A stretch of DNA of 39,651 bases from Kiritimatiellia bacterium (GCA_050949565.1 JBMNFY010000009.1:1-39651), one strand, 5' to 3'; positions 9,575 through 17,957 are shown, counted from the first letter of the stretch. Made by a program: numbers and translations. The notes: generated by a model from the sequence alone, not told the origin.

Positions 9575-9619
9575 AAACCAGAAACAATGGATCTGACGGG
9601 AGTTTTCCGCCAGATCCAT
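9575..9619 (-). terminator. Strong hairpin (terminator/attenuator-like) after the stand-alone reader gene
   Basis: ATGGATCTGGCGG-AAAACTC-CCGTCAGATCCAT followed by TGTTTCTGGTTT. Confidence 0.6.
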
Positions 9620-9637
9620 CAAGTGTGTCGTTTTTAA

Positions 9638-10114
9638 CTACTGAGCCCCATCTTCTTTTGCAGTCTTCCCTAAAGCGGTCTTCAGTTTCGTGGCTATTTC
9701 TTGATCCTTCGGGTTCTTTGAAGGACGCAATTCGTATATTGAAGGTATTCTTCTCGCACCTCCGAAAGCGGCCCCTTCAAAATCGAGTCCAAGCCCGGCA
9801 AGAGCGTCTTGGCCTATCATGCCTTTTAGCTTGCGCGCATAAGCATGATCCGGAACTCCATCCTTCTCCGGGGTCACCGCCTTGACATCAGAGTCAACAA
9901 TACCTGCGAAGTAGAGTTCCTTGCTCTTGTTTTCACCGCGCGCGATGAGAACGACATCCCCTCGCTTTACCGTATGATGAAAATCGCGGCCTCGCGCCGC
10001 ATGTGTCTCATCAGGCCCATAACCCATGTAAACGCAGTGATTCTTGCGAATGGCATCTATCCAAGCCCCGCTCCCTTCGTTTCTTACATTTGGCGAAATC
10101 ACCCAGAATCTCAT
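9638..10114 (-). CDS. Stand-alone copy of the McrB N-terminal domain (158 aa)
   Basis: AAGGAG RBS, own stop codon; protein nearly identical to residues 1-~150 of McrB. Confidence 0.85.
   Translation of the reverse strand: MRFWVISPNVRNEGSGAWIDAIRKNHCVYMGYGPDETHAARGRDFHHTVKRGDVVLIARGENKSKELYFAGIVDSDVKAVTPEKDGVPDHAYARKLKGMIGQDALAGLGLDFEGAAFGGARRIPSIYELRPSKNPKDQEIATKLKTALGKTAKEDGAQ
9731..10098. repeat. 368-bp near-identical duplication, copy in stand-alone gene
   Basis: See 8929-9296. Confidence 0.95.
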
Positions 10115-10169
10115 TCCAGTCTCCTTTCTCATGTTGCACAGTTTGCTATGACAGGTCTCCTGTCATCAC

Positions 10170-10250
10170 TCCACAGGGCCACCGGCAACACACCGATGCC
10201 CACGATGGTGCTCATTATGCGGGGACGGATGAAACTCGTCAACCCGCAAA
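10170..10250 (-). promoter_or_regulatory. Repeated promoter + hairpin leader, copy 2
   Basis: TTGACG(10242-10237)-17-CATAAT(10219-10214); hairpin GGGCATCGGT-GTGTT-GCCGGTGGCCC; extra hairpin ATGACAGG-AGA-CCTGTCAT downstream. Confidence 0.85.
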
Positions 10251-10284
10251 GCGCAAAACGTTAACGCCGTAACCGAGTCTCGCG

Positions 10285-10611
10285 TCAGCAGTAGCGGTTG
10301 CTAATTTCTGCGATACCTGCGGTGCTGACTTCGTAAACGACGATCCTACTGCCGTCTTCGAACACCATCAAACGACCGTTCGCGTGTTTGAAGTTTCCGA
10401 CGCGGCTGCGATAGAGCCGTTCAATTTCATTGTCGGTCTCGGCGTTCACAATCACATACCGGTCGTCATCCCCAAAAACGAGGAAGTTCTTCCCGAACCC
10501 GCACAGGTCGCCGTCTCCATAGCGACTGGCGTAAATCCGGTTCGCCTCCCGGCTGTTCTCGTCATACACGGTATAAGCGTTACCGTCAAAAGCCACATCC
10601 GATATAGTCAT
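10285..10611 (-). CDS. Hypothetical protein (108 aa, three weak beta-rich repeats)
   Basis: GAGGGAG RBS, downstream of promoter copy 3; repeats YTVYDENSREANRIY / YVIVNAETDNEIERLY / IVVYEVSTAGIAEISNRY. Confidence 0.75.
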   Translation of the reverse strand: MTISDVAFDGNAYTVYDENSREANRIYASRYGDGDLCGFGKNFLVFGDDDRYVIVNAETDNEIERLYRSRVGNFKHANGRLMVFEDGSRIVVYEVSTAGIAEISNRYC

Positions 10612-10666
10612 GGTCGTCGCTCTCCCTCTCGTTTCGTTCGCCTTTCACTGGCATTTCTTCTTCTGA

Positions 10667-10748
10667 TCCTCAGGGTGACCGGAAAAACCCCGGCTCCCAT
10701 GATCGTCGTCATTATGCGGAGACAGATGAAACCTGTCAATCCTGCAAA
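10667..10748 (-). promoter_or_regulatory. Repeated promoter + hairpin leader, copy 3
   Basis: TTGACA(10739-10734)-17-CATAAT(10716-10711); hairpin GGGAGCCGGG-GTTTT-TCCGGTCACCC. Confidence 0.85.
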
Positions 10749-10766
10749 AAACGCGCGCAGACGTAT

Positions 10767-10815
10767 GGGGCACGGGTTTTCCAACCCGTGGCACGGACAG
10801 GAATGTCCGTGCTCC
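10767..10815. repeat. REP-like doublet
   Basis: cacgggtt-ttcc-aacccgtg followed by gcacggaca-ggaa-tgtccgtgc. Confidence 0.7.
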
Positions 10816-10844
10816 TTTCCCTGCCCATAACTTGGGTTTTTTCG

Positions 10845-10960
10845 CTCCTAACTCCTAAATCCTAAATCCCAAATCCGCGCGTAGCGCGGTTACGCGGTGC
10901 TCGGATTTAGGAGTTTTTTCACTTCTGCGTTCTGCGTTGGACGTTCGGCGTTCGGCGTTC
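10845..10960. repeat. Heptamer tandem arrays
   Basis: (aa[c/a]tcct)n with inverted copy at 10903-10915; 10921-10960 is the reverse complement of the gaacgca heptamer block of repeat A. Confidence 0.75.
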
Positions 10961-10987
10961 ACAAAACGGCGGCGTGAAACGCCGCCC

Positions 10988-11077
10988 GGACGAGCAGACG
11001 CTCGTCCCTCCCAGTTCCTACTTGAACGTTCGGCGTTCCAATCGATCCCGATCCCGATAGCGATACCGATTTGGATG
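10988..11077. repeat. Direct repeat B, copy 1
   Basis: ggacgagcagacgctcgtcc palindrome + gttcctac.tgaacgtt.ggcgtt + cgatNN hexamers; matches 13311-13396. Confidence 0.8.
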
Positions 11078-11108
11078 AAGCCTGTTTCCCAAAACCTTCT
11101 TTTGCGGC

Positions 11109-11714
11109 TTATTGGGGGGTTGCCCCTGTGCCTGACCCTTTCACGCCTTTAGGAGGGGCTTCGCGAACTGCAGGATATTTACTCTTCATTTCCGCCTCTT
11201 TGCGATCAAGGGCTGTTTCTGATATCCACTGTTTCTCTCCATCGATCTCAATGAACTCGGAACGGTTGACTAGCACCACCCTGGCAGACGTATATCGATA
11301 TTTCTCGACCATTCGAAAGCCGCCTTGGCCGGGATGTCGCCACCGGACAACGATCTCCGCTCCTGCATCATCCGGAAGTACATCAACTCCCTCAAAGATG
11401 GGTGTAACACCTTTGACATTGGTGTTCGCCTCACGGAGAAAGCGAACGTTGCCTTTTTCATCACATTCTGCAAAATCAATAAGATCCCCCTCGCTTCCTG
11501 ATCGACAATACTTGAGAACATACAGATCTTTTAGCCCTGATATCTTTACAGTGGATTCTCCTGAGAACTTGTAAACCCCCTCCCACGTGCGATGTGTTCT
11601 GGAAGGAAGCGCCCTGCGCTCAAGAACATTCGTCGCTCCATGGGCCGACAAAACGCCTGAAAGAAGGGATGCAAACATAGATATAAGAGTACTCAACAGC
11701 TTGATCGTTTTCAT
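11109..11714 (-). CDS. Hypothetical secreted protein (201 aa)
   Basis: Signal-peptide-like MKTIKLLSTLISMFASLLSGVLSAHG; visibly lower GC than the core genes. Confidence 0.75.
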   Translation of the reverse strand: MKTIKLLSTLISMFASLLSGVLSAHGATNVLERRALPSRTHRTWEGVYKFSGESTVKISGLKDLYVLKYCRSGSEGDLIDFAECDEKGNVRFLREANTNVKGVTPIFEGVDVLPDDAGAEIVVRWRHPGQGGFRMVEKYRYTSARVVLVNRSEFIEIDGEKQWISETALDRKEAEMKSKYPAVREAPPKGVKGSGTGATPQ

Positions 11715-11746
11715 GAATCGTTTCAAATCACCTGTCCCCTAGTTGT

Positions 11747-13150
11747 CTATTTCGTGTTTTCAGGGCTACCCTCGATGCCCCACGACTCTGGCGCGACCTT
11801 TCCCTGTTTGGCGTTTTCGACCTCGCGGAGCAAGGCATGAATGTCGATTATATGGTTTTCATCATCGTAGGGCTGGCCGTCATGCCGGCGAAAGAGGTCG
11901 AGCAATTCCAAGGCCTTTTTCCGCGTATAGTCGTCGCGACTCAGGAGACCCTCGCGCAGGATGGGGTAACCGATCAGCCAGCCCATATCCTCGGCGAAGA
12001 TTTTAGCGTAGACGATACGAACCCAGAGCGAGTAGCGGAAATGCTTCAGTATTTCAGGCGCATCTTTACGTGGCTGTGACTCCGCGACCGACGAGCATTT
12101 AGCGGTTTGTAGGTACCTGTTCCGGATTTGGCAGGCGACCAGTTCGTTCGTGGCCGCAGACTCGCGGAGCAGGGCCCGGATGTCGACCCGTCTGCCCGAG
12201 CCGTCGAAAGGCTTGCCGTCGAACGCCCTGAACCCGTCGAGCAGGGTCATGGCCTGATCATAGTGATCGCCATCATAACTTCTCCACAGCAGGCCTTCGC
12301 GCAGGACCGGGTAGCCGCCGGGGTCTCCCTTTTCAACACAATCCTTGGCGATCGACAGTCTCGCGGACAGGTCGCATTCGGGGTCAAACATCTCTTCCCG
12401 CCGGAAGCGTTCGGCAGCGTCCTTGTCGTAACGCTCCAGAACTTTTCTACAACGAATTTTTATGGACCAGTCGTTGTTAGTCTGATAACAGCAGATCAAA
12501 GCGTCAGTCAACTCGGGGAACCGATGATGATCGATATCAAGCCTTGCCATGGCGCAAAGGATTGAGTCTAACTCATCCCCTTCAGCCGTATCCCGGACCG
12601 CACTCTTCAGCTTGCCGGTCCGCGCCGACATGTCGCGCACAAACATGCGGATGTCCGGGGCCGCTTTGGACTGCTGCAGGACCTTGGCGCAAAGGTGCCG
12701 GACAACCCAATCCTCGCTCTGCTTGTAGCACCGGACGATCTCGTTCGTCAATTCGGGAAAGGCGTGGCCCGACTCGATAAGAACGGTAAGCGTGACATAT
12801 ACGACCGCACTTGCCTCACTGAATCTTACAAGACCTTGCCGTCCCCGCATGTCTTTCGGCACGCGCTTTGTCATGAAGCTTTCAAGCGCTTTCGGCGAGC
12901 GCAGACTTTCAACGAGGTTGGTGTAGTCGGCTTGCTTGCCTGTCACGATTTTGTACGAGGTTGCGCCATAGTCGTAACGGTACTCATGCAATTTGTTCTC
13001 GAGAAGCGCCGATTGCCGCTCCGCTGCTTCGCGCTCACTTTGTTTGAGGGATACGGGCTGAACATTCTCGCCAGCCCTGCAATTGCATACGGAAGCAACG
13101 ACAGAGGCCGTCAATAAGACAGGAATCAAGAATCTTTCCGTAATTGTCAT
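11747..13150 (-). CDS. Hypothetical secreted helical-repeat (HEAT-like) protein (467 aa)
   Basis: Signal-like N-terminus from ATG 13150; two pairs of internal repeats. Confidence 0.75.
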   Translation of the reverse strand: MTITERFLIPVLLTASVVASVCNCRAGENVQPVSLKQSEREAAERQSALLENKLHEYRYDYGATSYKIVTGKQADYTNLVESLRSPKALESFMTKRVPKDMRGRQGLVRFSEASAVVYVTLTVLIESGHAFPELTNEIVRCYKQSEDWVVRHLCAKVLQQSKAAPDIRMFVRDMSARTGKLKSAVRDTAEGDELDSILCAMARLDIDHHRFPELTDALICCYQTNNDWSIKIRCRKVLERYDKDAAERFRREEMFDPECDLSARLSIAKDCVEKGDPGGYPVLREGLLWRSYDGDHYDQAMTLLDGFRAFDGKPFDGSGRRVDIRALLRESAATNELVACQIRNRYLQTAKCSSVAESQPRKDAPEILKHFRYSLWVRIVYAKIFAEDMGWLIGYPILREGLLSRDDYTRKKALELLDLFRRHDGQPYDDENHIIDIHALLREVENAKQGKVAPESWGIEGSPENTK

Positions 13151-13269
13151 GGCGTGAACCCTTTTGGCTTTTAAATACCCGTCCCTTAGTTGTCTCTCGC
13201 CATCACACATCTCCTTTTCGTCTGCATTCTAGCATCTTGTGTCGTCAACAGCTACTTGAATGTTAGTCG

Positions 13270-13438
13270 CCAACGTCAGACTTGCGAAGCGTTGGAAAGG
13301 TGAGAGCAACGGACGAGCAGACGCTCGTCCCGGTTCCTACGTGAACGTTGGGCGTTTTGATCGATACCGATAGCGATACCGACAGCGATTTTGATGCGTT
13401 GCGTGTCCACAATGTCCACGACGTCCACAATGTCCACA
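13270..13438. repeat. Composite repeat: partial repeat A (13270-13311), repeat B copy 2 (13311-13396), nonamer array gtccacaat (13405-13438)
   Basis: Direct sequence comparison with 6329-6371 and 10988-11077. Confidence 0.8.
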
Positions 13439-13489
13439 AAAAAGTTGAGAGTTGAGCGTTTGATTTTTTAACGCCCAACTCTCAACTTT
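13437..13489 (-). terminator. Intrinsic terminator of the spc/secY transcript, built from inverted heptamer repeats
   Basis: 20-bp stem 13441-13460/13470-13489 (one G-U pair on the minus strand) ending in a T run. Confidence 0.7.
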
Positions 13490-13505
13490 CAACGCTCAAT
13501 GCAGA

Positions 13506-14891
13506 CTAGCGTCTGCTGCGCAGGCGGCCGTGCTTCAGGAAGCCGTCGTAGTTGCGCATCAGCAGGTGCGATTCCATCTGGCGCAGCGTGTCGAGCGCGA
13601 CGCCCACGATGATCAGCAAGCTGGTGCCGCCGAAAAACGAGGCCATTTCCCAAGGCAGATCCAGCATGCCGCGCAGGAATTGCGGCACGAGGGCGATGAT
13701 CAACAGACCCGTGCCACCAATCAGGGTGACGCGCGTCATCAACGCATCCAGATACTCCGCCGTGGCGCGTCCCGGCCGGATGCCCGGCACATAGGAACCT
13801 TCGCGCTTGAGGCTGTCGGAGATCTGCATCGCATTGAACTGGGTCGCCACCCAGAAGAAGGCGAAGAACATGATCAGCAGCGCGTAGGCCGTAAGATGCA
13901 ACGGGCTGGTCATATCGCTCAACTGCGCACCGATCCACTTCAGCCAGCCCAGCCACCTGATCTCGGCCGGAATACGGCTCAAGAGCGCGGCGGGGAACTG
14001 GATGAGCGGGCCGGCGAAGATGATCGGCATGACGCCGGTGTAGTTCACGCGCAGCGGCATATAGGTCTGCTGCATGCCGTAGGAGTTGCCTCCGCGGGCA
14101 GAGCGGCGCGTGGAGTGGATCGGCACTTTGCGGACGCCCTGCGTGAGCATCACGGTACCCATCATGATCAAGAAGCCAAAGATCAACAGCAGAAGCAACT
14201 CGACCGGGCTACGGGTGGCGGTGATGCCGCCCAGTCCGAAGTAGCGCGTCCAGGCGCCAATGATCGCCACGGGCAGGCGCGAGGTGATGTTGATCATAAT
14301 GATCAGCGAGGTGCCGTTGCCGACGCCGTGCTGCGTGATCTGATCCGCCAGCCACATGACGAGCAGCGATGCGGTCGTCATGGCGATGACCGTCGTGATC
14401 TTGAACCCGATACCGGGCCGCGTCACAATCTGCACGCCGCCCAGACCGAACGACGCCGGATTTTGCAGCGCGGTGGCGAGAGCGAAGGCTTGGAAGACAC
14501 AGATGCCGATGGTCAGATAGCGCGTGATCTGCGCCAGCTTGAGACGGCCCGATTCTCCCTCGCGGCGCAGTTTCTCGAGCCCGGGGATTACCGCCGTCAG
14601 AAGCTGGATGATAATCGACGCACTGATGTACGGCCAGATGCTCAGGAAGCCGACCGCGCACTGATTGAGCGCGCCGCCGCTGAACACGTTGAACCAGTCC
14701 ATGAGGCCGCCGCCTGCGCCGGCGGTCTCGCGGATACGTTCGAGTTCCTGCTGCAGGGTCATCCAGTCCACGCCCGGAGTCGGGATCATGGAGATCATCC
14801 GGCAGATGAAGACCAAGCCGACCGTAATCAGGATACGCTTCCGGAGCTCCGGGATTTTAAAGGTGTTCGCGAACGACTCTAACATGGCCAT
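13506..14891 (-). CDS. secY: Preprotein translocase subunit SecY
   Basis: PYISASIIIQLL, GVGNGTSLII, GVMPIIFA, PGIRPG, FGGTSLLIIVGVALDT. Confidence 0.98.
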   Translation of the reverse strand: MAMLESFANTFKIPELRKRILITVGLVFICRMISMIPTPGVDWMTLQQELERIRETAGAGGGLMDWFNVFSGGALNQCAVGFLSIWPYISASIIIQLLTAVIPGLEKLRREGESGRLKLAQITRYLTIGICVFQAFALATALQNPASFGLGGVQIVTRPGIGFKITTVIAMTTASLLVMWLADQITQHGVGNGTSLIIMINITSRLPVAIIGAWTRYFGLGGITATRSPVELLLLLIFGFLIMMGTVMLTQGVRKVPIHSTRRSARGGNSYGMQQTYMPLRVNYTGVMPIIFAGPLIQFPAALLSRIPAEIRWLGWLKWIGAQLSDMTSPLHLTAYALLIMFFAFFWVATQFNAMQISDSLKREGSYVPGIRPGRATAEYLDALMTRVTLIGGTGLLIIALVPQFLRGMLDLPWEMASFFGGTSLLIIVGVALDTLRQMESHLLMRNYDGFLKHGRLRSRR

Positions 14892-14902
14892 GATCGGACC
14901 TC

Positions 14903-15343
14903 TCAGACAATTTCGACACTGCCGCCGGCGGCCTCGATCTTTGCTTTCGCGGACGCGCTGACGCCGTTAGCCTTGACCGTCAACTTCTTGGTCAGATCGC
15001 CGTGGCCGAGGATTTTGACGCCGTCGAACTTCTTGGCATAAAGCCCGTTCGCGCGGAGCAGTTCCGGCGTGACTTCCGTACCGTTCTCGAAGCGCTCAAG
15101 GTCGCAGACATTGACCGGCGCGTAAACCACGCGCGTGGGATTGGTAAAGCCACGCTTGGGCAGACGCCGGATGAGCGGCATCTGGCCGCCTTCAAAGCCC
15201 AGTCTATGCTTGTGGCCTTTGCGGGCTTGCTGGCCCTTGTGGCCGCGGGTCGAGGTTTTGCCCATGCCTGACGCACGGCCGCGACCCACGCGTTTGCGCG
15301 TCGTGCGCGCTCCCGGGGTGTTTTTCAGTGATGACAGATCCAT
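14903..15343 (-). CDS. rplO: 50S ribosomal protein L15
   Basis: [32 protein letters not shown]. Confidence 0.98.
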   Translation of the reverse strand: MDLSSLKNTPGARTTRKRVGRGRASGMGKTSTRGHKGQQARKGHKHRLGFEGGQMPLIRRLPKRGFTNPTRVVYAPVNVCDLERFENGTEVTPELLRANGLYAKKFDGVKILGHGDLTKKLTVKANGVSASAKAKIEAAGGSVEIV

Positions 15344-15359
15344 TGCGAAAACTCCTATG

Positions 15360-15851
15360 TTACGCGCGTGTGGCGGCGATCTCCTCGGCCGAGCGCAGTT
15401 GGTTCAGCGCGTCGACCGTGGCCTTGACCACATTAAGACGGTTCTTGCTGCCCAGCGACTTGCCGACGGCATCACGCACACCAGCGGCCTCGAGGACGGG
15501 GCGCATGCCGCCGCCGACAATCAGGCCGGTGCCGTCCGGAGCGGGCTTCAGTAGCACACGGCCGCCGTCGCACACACCGGTCACCTCGTGCGGGATCGTC
15601 TTGCCCGCGAGCTTGACGTGCATCATCTCTTTGCGCGCCGCGTCGCCACCCTTGCGGATCGCGTCGCTGACCTCATTGGCCTTGCCGAAGCCGAAGCCGA
15701 CGCGGCCTTCGCGGTCTCCCACGACAACCACGGCGCTGAAGCTGAAACGGCGTCCGCCTTTGACCACCTTGGCGCAACGGTTCACAAACACGACGCGCTC
15801 GTCGAATTCGCTCTGCGCCTCATTCCGAGGAAATCTTGCCTCTGCGCTCAC
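15360..15851 (-). CDS. rpsE: 30S ribosomal protein S5
   Basis: [23 protein letters not shown]. Confidence 0.98.
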   Translation of the reverse strand: MSAEARFPRNEAQSEFDERVVFVNRCAKVVKGGRRFSFSAVVVVGDREGRVGFGFGKANEVSDAIRKGGDAARKEMMHVKLAGKTIPHEVTGVCDGGRVLLKPAPDGTGLIVGGGMRPVLEAAGVRDAVGKSLGSKNRLNVVKATVDALNQLRSAEEIAATRA

Positions 15852-16228
15852 TTCGCCTCCTCTGCCGTCTCAGCGGCACGTTCCGAGATCTTCAGGCCGG
15901 CGGCGGTGGCGGCTTCCACGATCTGCTTGACGCGTCCGTGGAACTTGAACCCACCGCGGTCGACGACCACGATCGAAATGCCCTTCTCTTTCGCCACGTT
16001 GGCCGCTTGCTCACCGACCAGCTTGGCAGTCTCCAAATTGCACGGCTTAGCCTCCTTCAACGTGGAGGTGGCTGCCAGTGTGCGCATCGCGATGTCATCA
16101 ATGAACTGCACGTACATGTGCTTGTTCGAGATACAGATGGCCATGCGGGGGCGTGCGGATGTTCCTTTCACGCGCTGACGCAGGCGCATGTGGCGGCGAT
16201 TGCGTTGTTCTTTGCGATTAAAACTCAT
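15848..16228 (-). CDS. rplR: 50S ribosomal protein L18
   Basis: RPR....[23 protein letters not shown]. Confidence 0.97.
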   Translation of the reverse strand: MSFNRKEQRNRRHMRLRQRVKGTSARPRMAICISNKHMYVQFIDDIAMRTLAATSTLKEAKPCNLETAKLVGEQAANVAKEKGISIVVVDRGGFKFHGRVKQIVEAATAAGLKISERAAETAEEAK

Positions 16229-16250
16229 GTTATTCAGCTCCGTTCGGGCC

Positions 16251-16790
16251 TTATGCGACCGTCTTGCCCTGCTTGCGGCGGATCTGTTCGTCCACGTACT
16301 TGATACCCTTGCCCTTGTAGGGCTCGGCCGGATAGTAACTGCGGATGCGGGCGGCAGTATCGCCGACGAGTTCCTTCTCGATACCCTCGACCGTGACCTT
16401 CAGCCCGTTCGGGTCGACCGTCACCTTGATGCCTTCGGGGATCAGATACTCTTTCGGGGACGCGAAGCCAAGCGAAAGGATCAGCTTCGGTTCCTGAAGC
16501 GCGGCCTTGAAGCCCGTACCGTCGATCGTGAGTTCTCTCCTGTAACCGACGGTCACACCTGCGATCATGTTCCTGACCAGCGTCCGGCTCAGGCCGTGGA
16601 AGCTCTTCTGCTCGCGCGAATCATCCGCGCGGGACACCAGCACCTCACCGTCCTTGATCTCAAAGGCGATGCCCTTCTGGAAGGTGCGGCTCAACTCGCC
16701 CAGCGGGCCTTTAACCGTGACGGTGCTGCCGTCGACGGTCACCGTGACTCCCGCAGGAATCGCGACCGGTAGTTTACCAATTCTCGACAT
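16251..16790 (-). CDS. rplF: 50S ribosomal protein L6
   Basis: MSRIGKLPV, EPYKGKGIKY. Confidence 0.98.
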   Translation of the reverse strand: MSRIGKLPVAIPAGVTVTVDGSTVTVKGPLGELSRTFQKGIAFEIKDGEVLVSRADDSREQKSFHGLSRTLVRNMIAGVTVGYRRELTIDGTGFKAALQEPKLILSLGFASPKEYLIPEGIKVTVDPNGLKVTVEGIEKELVGDTAARIRSYYPAEPYKGKGIKYVDEQIRRKQGKTVA

Positions 16791-16802
16791 CGTTGAACCC
16801 CC

Positions 16803-17195
16803 TTACCAGATTGTGCAGATCAGTTCACCGCCGAGCTTGCGCTTACGGGCGTCCTTGCCGCTGAGGATACCGCCCGACGTGCTCAAAACCGCGATACCCA
16901 GACCGCCCAGCACATTGGGGATTTCCTGCACGCCGCAGAACTTGCGGAGGCCCGGCCTGCTCTCGCGGCGCATGCCGCGGATCGCCGGCTCGGCGTCGTC
17001 ATTATACTTCAGTTCGATGCTCAGCAGGCGCGGAACGCCATCGGTCATCGTGAAGTCCGTGATGTAGCCTTCTTCCTTCATCACGCGAAGAATCTCGCCC
17101 TTGATCCGGGAGCCCGGAAGCTCGACCGAGGGCAATCCAGCTTTCAGCGCATTACGGATGCGCGCCAGCATGTCAGAAATCGGATCCGACGTCAT
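16803..17195 (-). CDS. rpsH: 30S ribosomal protein S8
   Basis: [29 protein letters not shown]. Confidence 0.98.
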   Translation of the reverse strand: MTSDPISDMLARIRNALKAGLPSVELPGSRIKGEILRVMKEEGYITDFTMTDGVPRLLSIELKYNDDAEPAIRGMRRESRPGLRKFCGVQEIPNVLGGLGIAVLSTSGGILSGKDARKRKLGGELICTIW

Positions 17196-17205
17196 GTTAC
17201 TCTCC

Positions 17206-17391
17206 TCACCAGCTTGCCTTGGTCACACCCGGGATCATGCCCGACAACGCCAGCTCGCGGAAGCAGATACGGCAGAGCTGGAACTTACGGATATACGCGC
17301 GCGGACGCCCGCACCGGGAGCACCGATGATACTTACGCGACGAAAACTTGGGCGTGCGTTTGGCTTTTTCTATCAGACAGGTTTTGGCCAT
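17206..17391 (-). CDS. rpsN: 30S ribosomal protein S14, short zinc-binding (type Z) form
   Basis: 61 aa, CSRC and CRIC motifs, PGVTKASW. Confidence 0.97.
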   Translation of the reverse strand: MAKTCLIEKAKRTPKFSSRKYHRCSRCGRPRAYIRKFQLCRICFRELALSGMIPGVTKASW

Positions 17392-17405
17392 TGTGAAAAT
17401 CCTCC

Positions 17406-17945
17406 TTATTTGCCGGCGAACGGCATACCCAGGGCGGTCAACAACTCGCGGGCCTCTTTGTCGTCTCTTGCCGTCGAGACGAAGGTGACGTCCATACCGA
17501 CATCATTGCCATGTCCGCCAGAGTCTATCAGCTCGGGGAAGATCGTGTGCTCTTTCAGGCCCAACGTATAGTTGCCCCGTCCGTCAAAGCCGCGGGTTGC
17601 GACGCCGCGGAAGTCGCGGATACGCGGCAGCGCGCTGTTGATCAGGCGCTCCACGAAATCGAACATGCGGTCGCCGCGCAGGGTCACCTTCGCGCCGATC
17701 ACCATGCCTTCACGCAACTTAAAATTCGAGATGCTCTTGCGGGCCTTGCACAGCACCGGCTTCTGGCCGGAGAGCTTGCTCAGGTCGTCGAGGATCGCCT
17801 TCTGCACATCCTTCTCGACGATGCCGAAGCCCATGTTGATCACCACCTTCTGCAGGCGGGGAACAAGCATCTTGTTTTTGAGGCCGAGCTTCTCCTGAAG
17901 TTTCGGCGTCAGTTCCTTCGTGAATCTCTCTTTAAGATTGGCCAT
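17406..17945 (-). CDS. rplE: 50S ribosomal protein L5
   Basis: [32 protein letters not shown]. Confidence 0.98.
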   Translation of the reverse strand: MANLKERFTKELTPKLQEKLGLKNKMLVPRLQKVVINMGFGIVEKDVQKAILDDLSKLSGQKPVLCKARKSISNFKLREGMVIGAKVTLRGDRMFDFVERLINSALPRIRDFRGVATRGFDGRGNYTLGLKEHTIFPELIDSGGHGNDVGMDVTFVSTARDDKEARELLTALGMPFAGK

Positions 17946-17957
17946 GTCCGCTCCCCT

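Noticed and set aside
8929-10098. Diversity-generating retroelement TR/VR pair or invertible shufflon
   Set aside because: Only two differences, one in each direction; no reverse transcriptase or invertase; copies are direct, not inverted
6118-10713. Leader peptides from the ATG inside CATAATG (MGAIVGVG.. / MSTIVGIG.. / MTTIMGAG..)
   Set aside because: The ATG overlaps the -10 box, so it is upstream of the predicted transcription start; the similarity follows from DNA/RNA conservation
5255-13438. CRISPR array or integron explanation for the repeats
   Set aside because: No regularly spaced repeat-spacer units or cas genes; no integrase and no recognisable RYYYAAC...GTTRRRY attC folds
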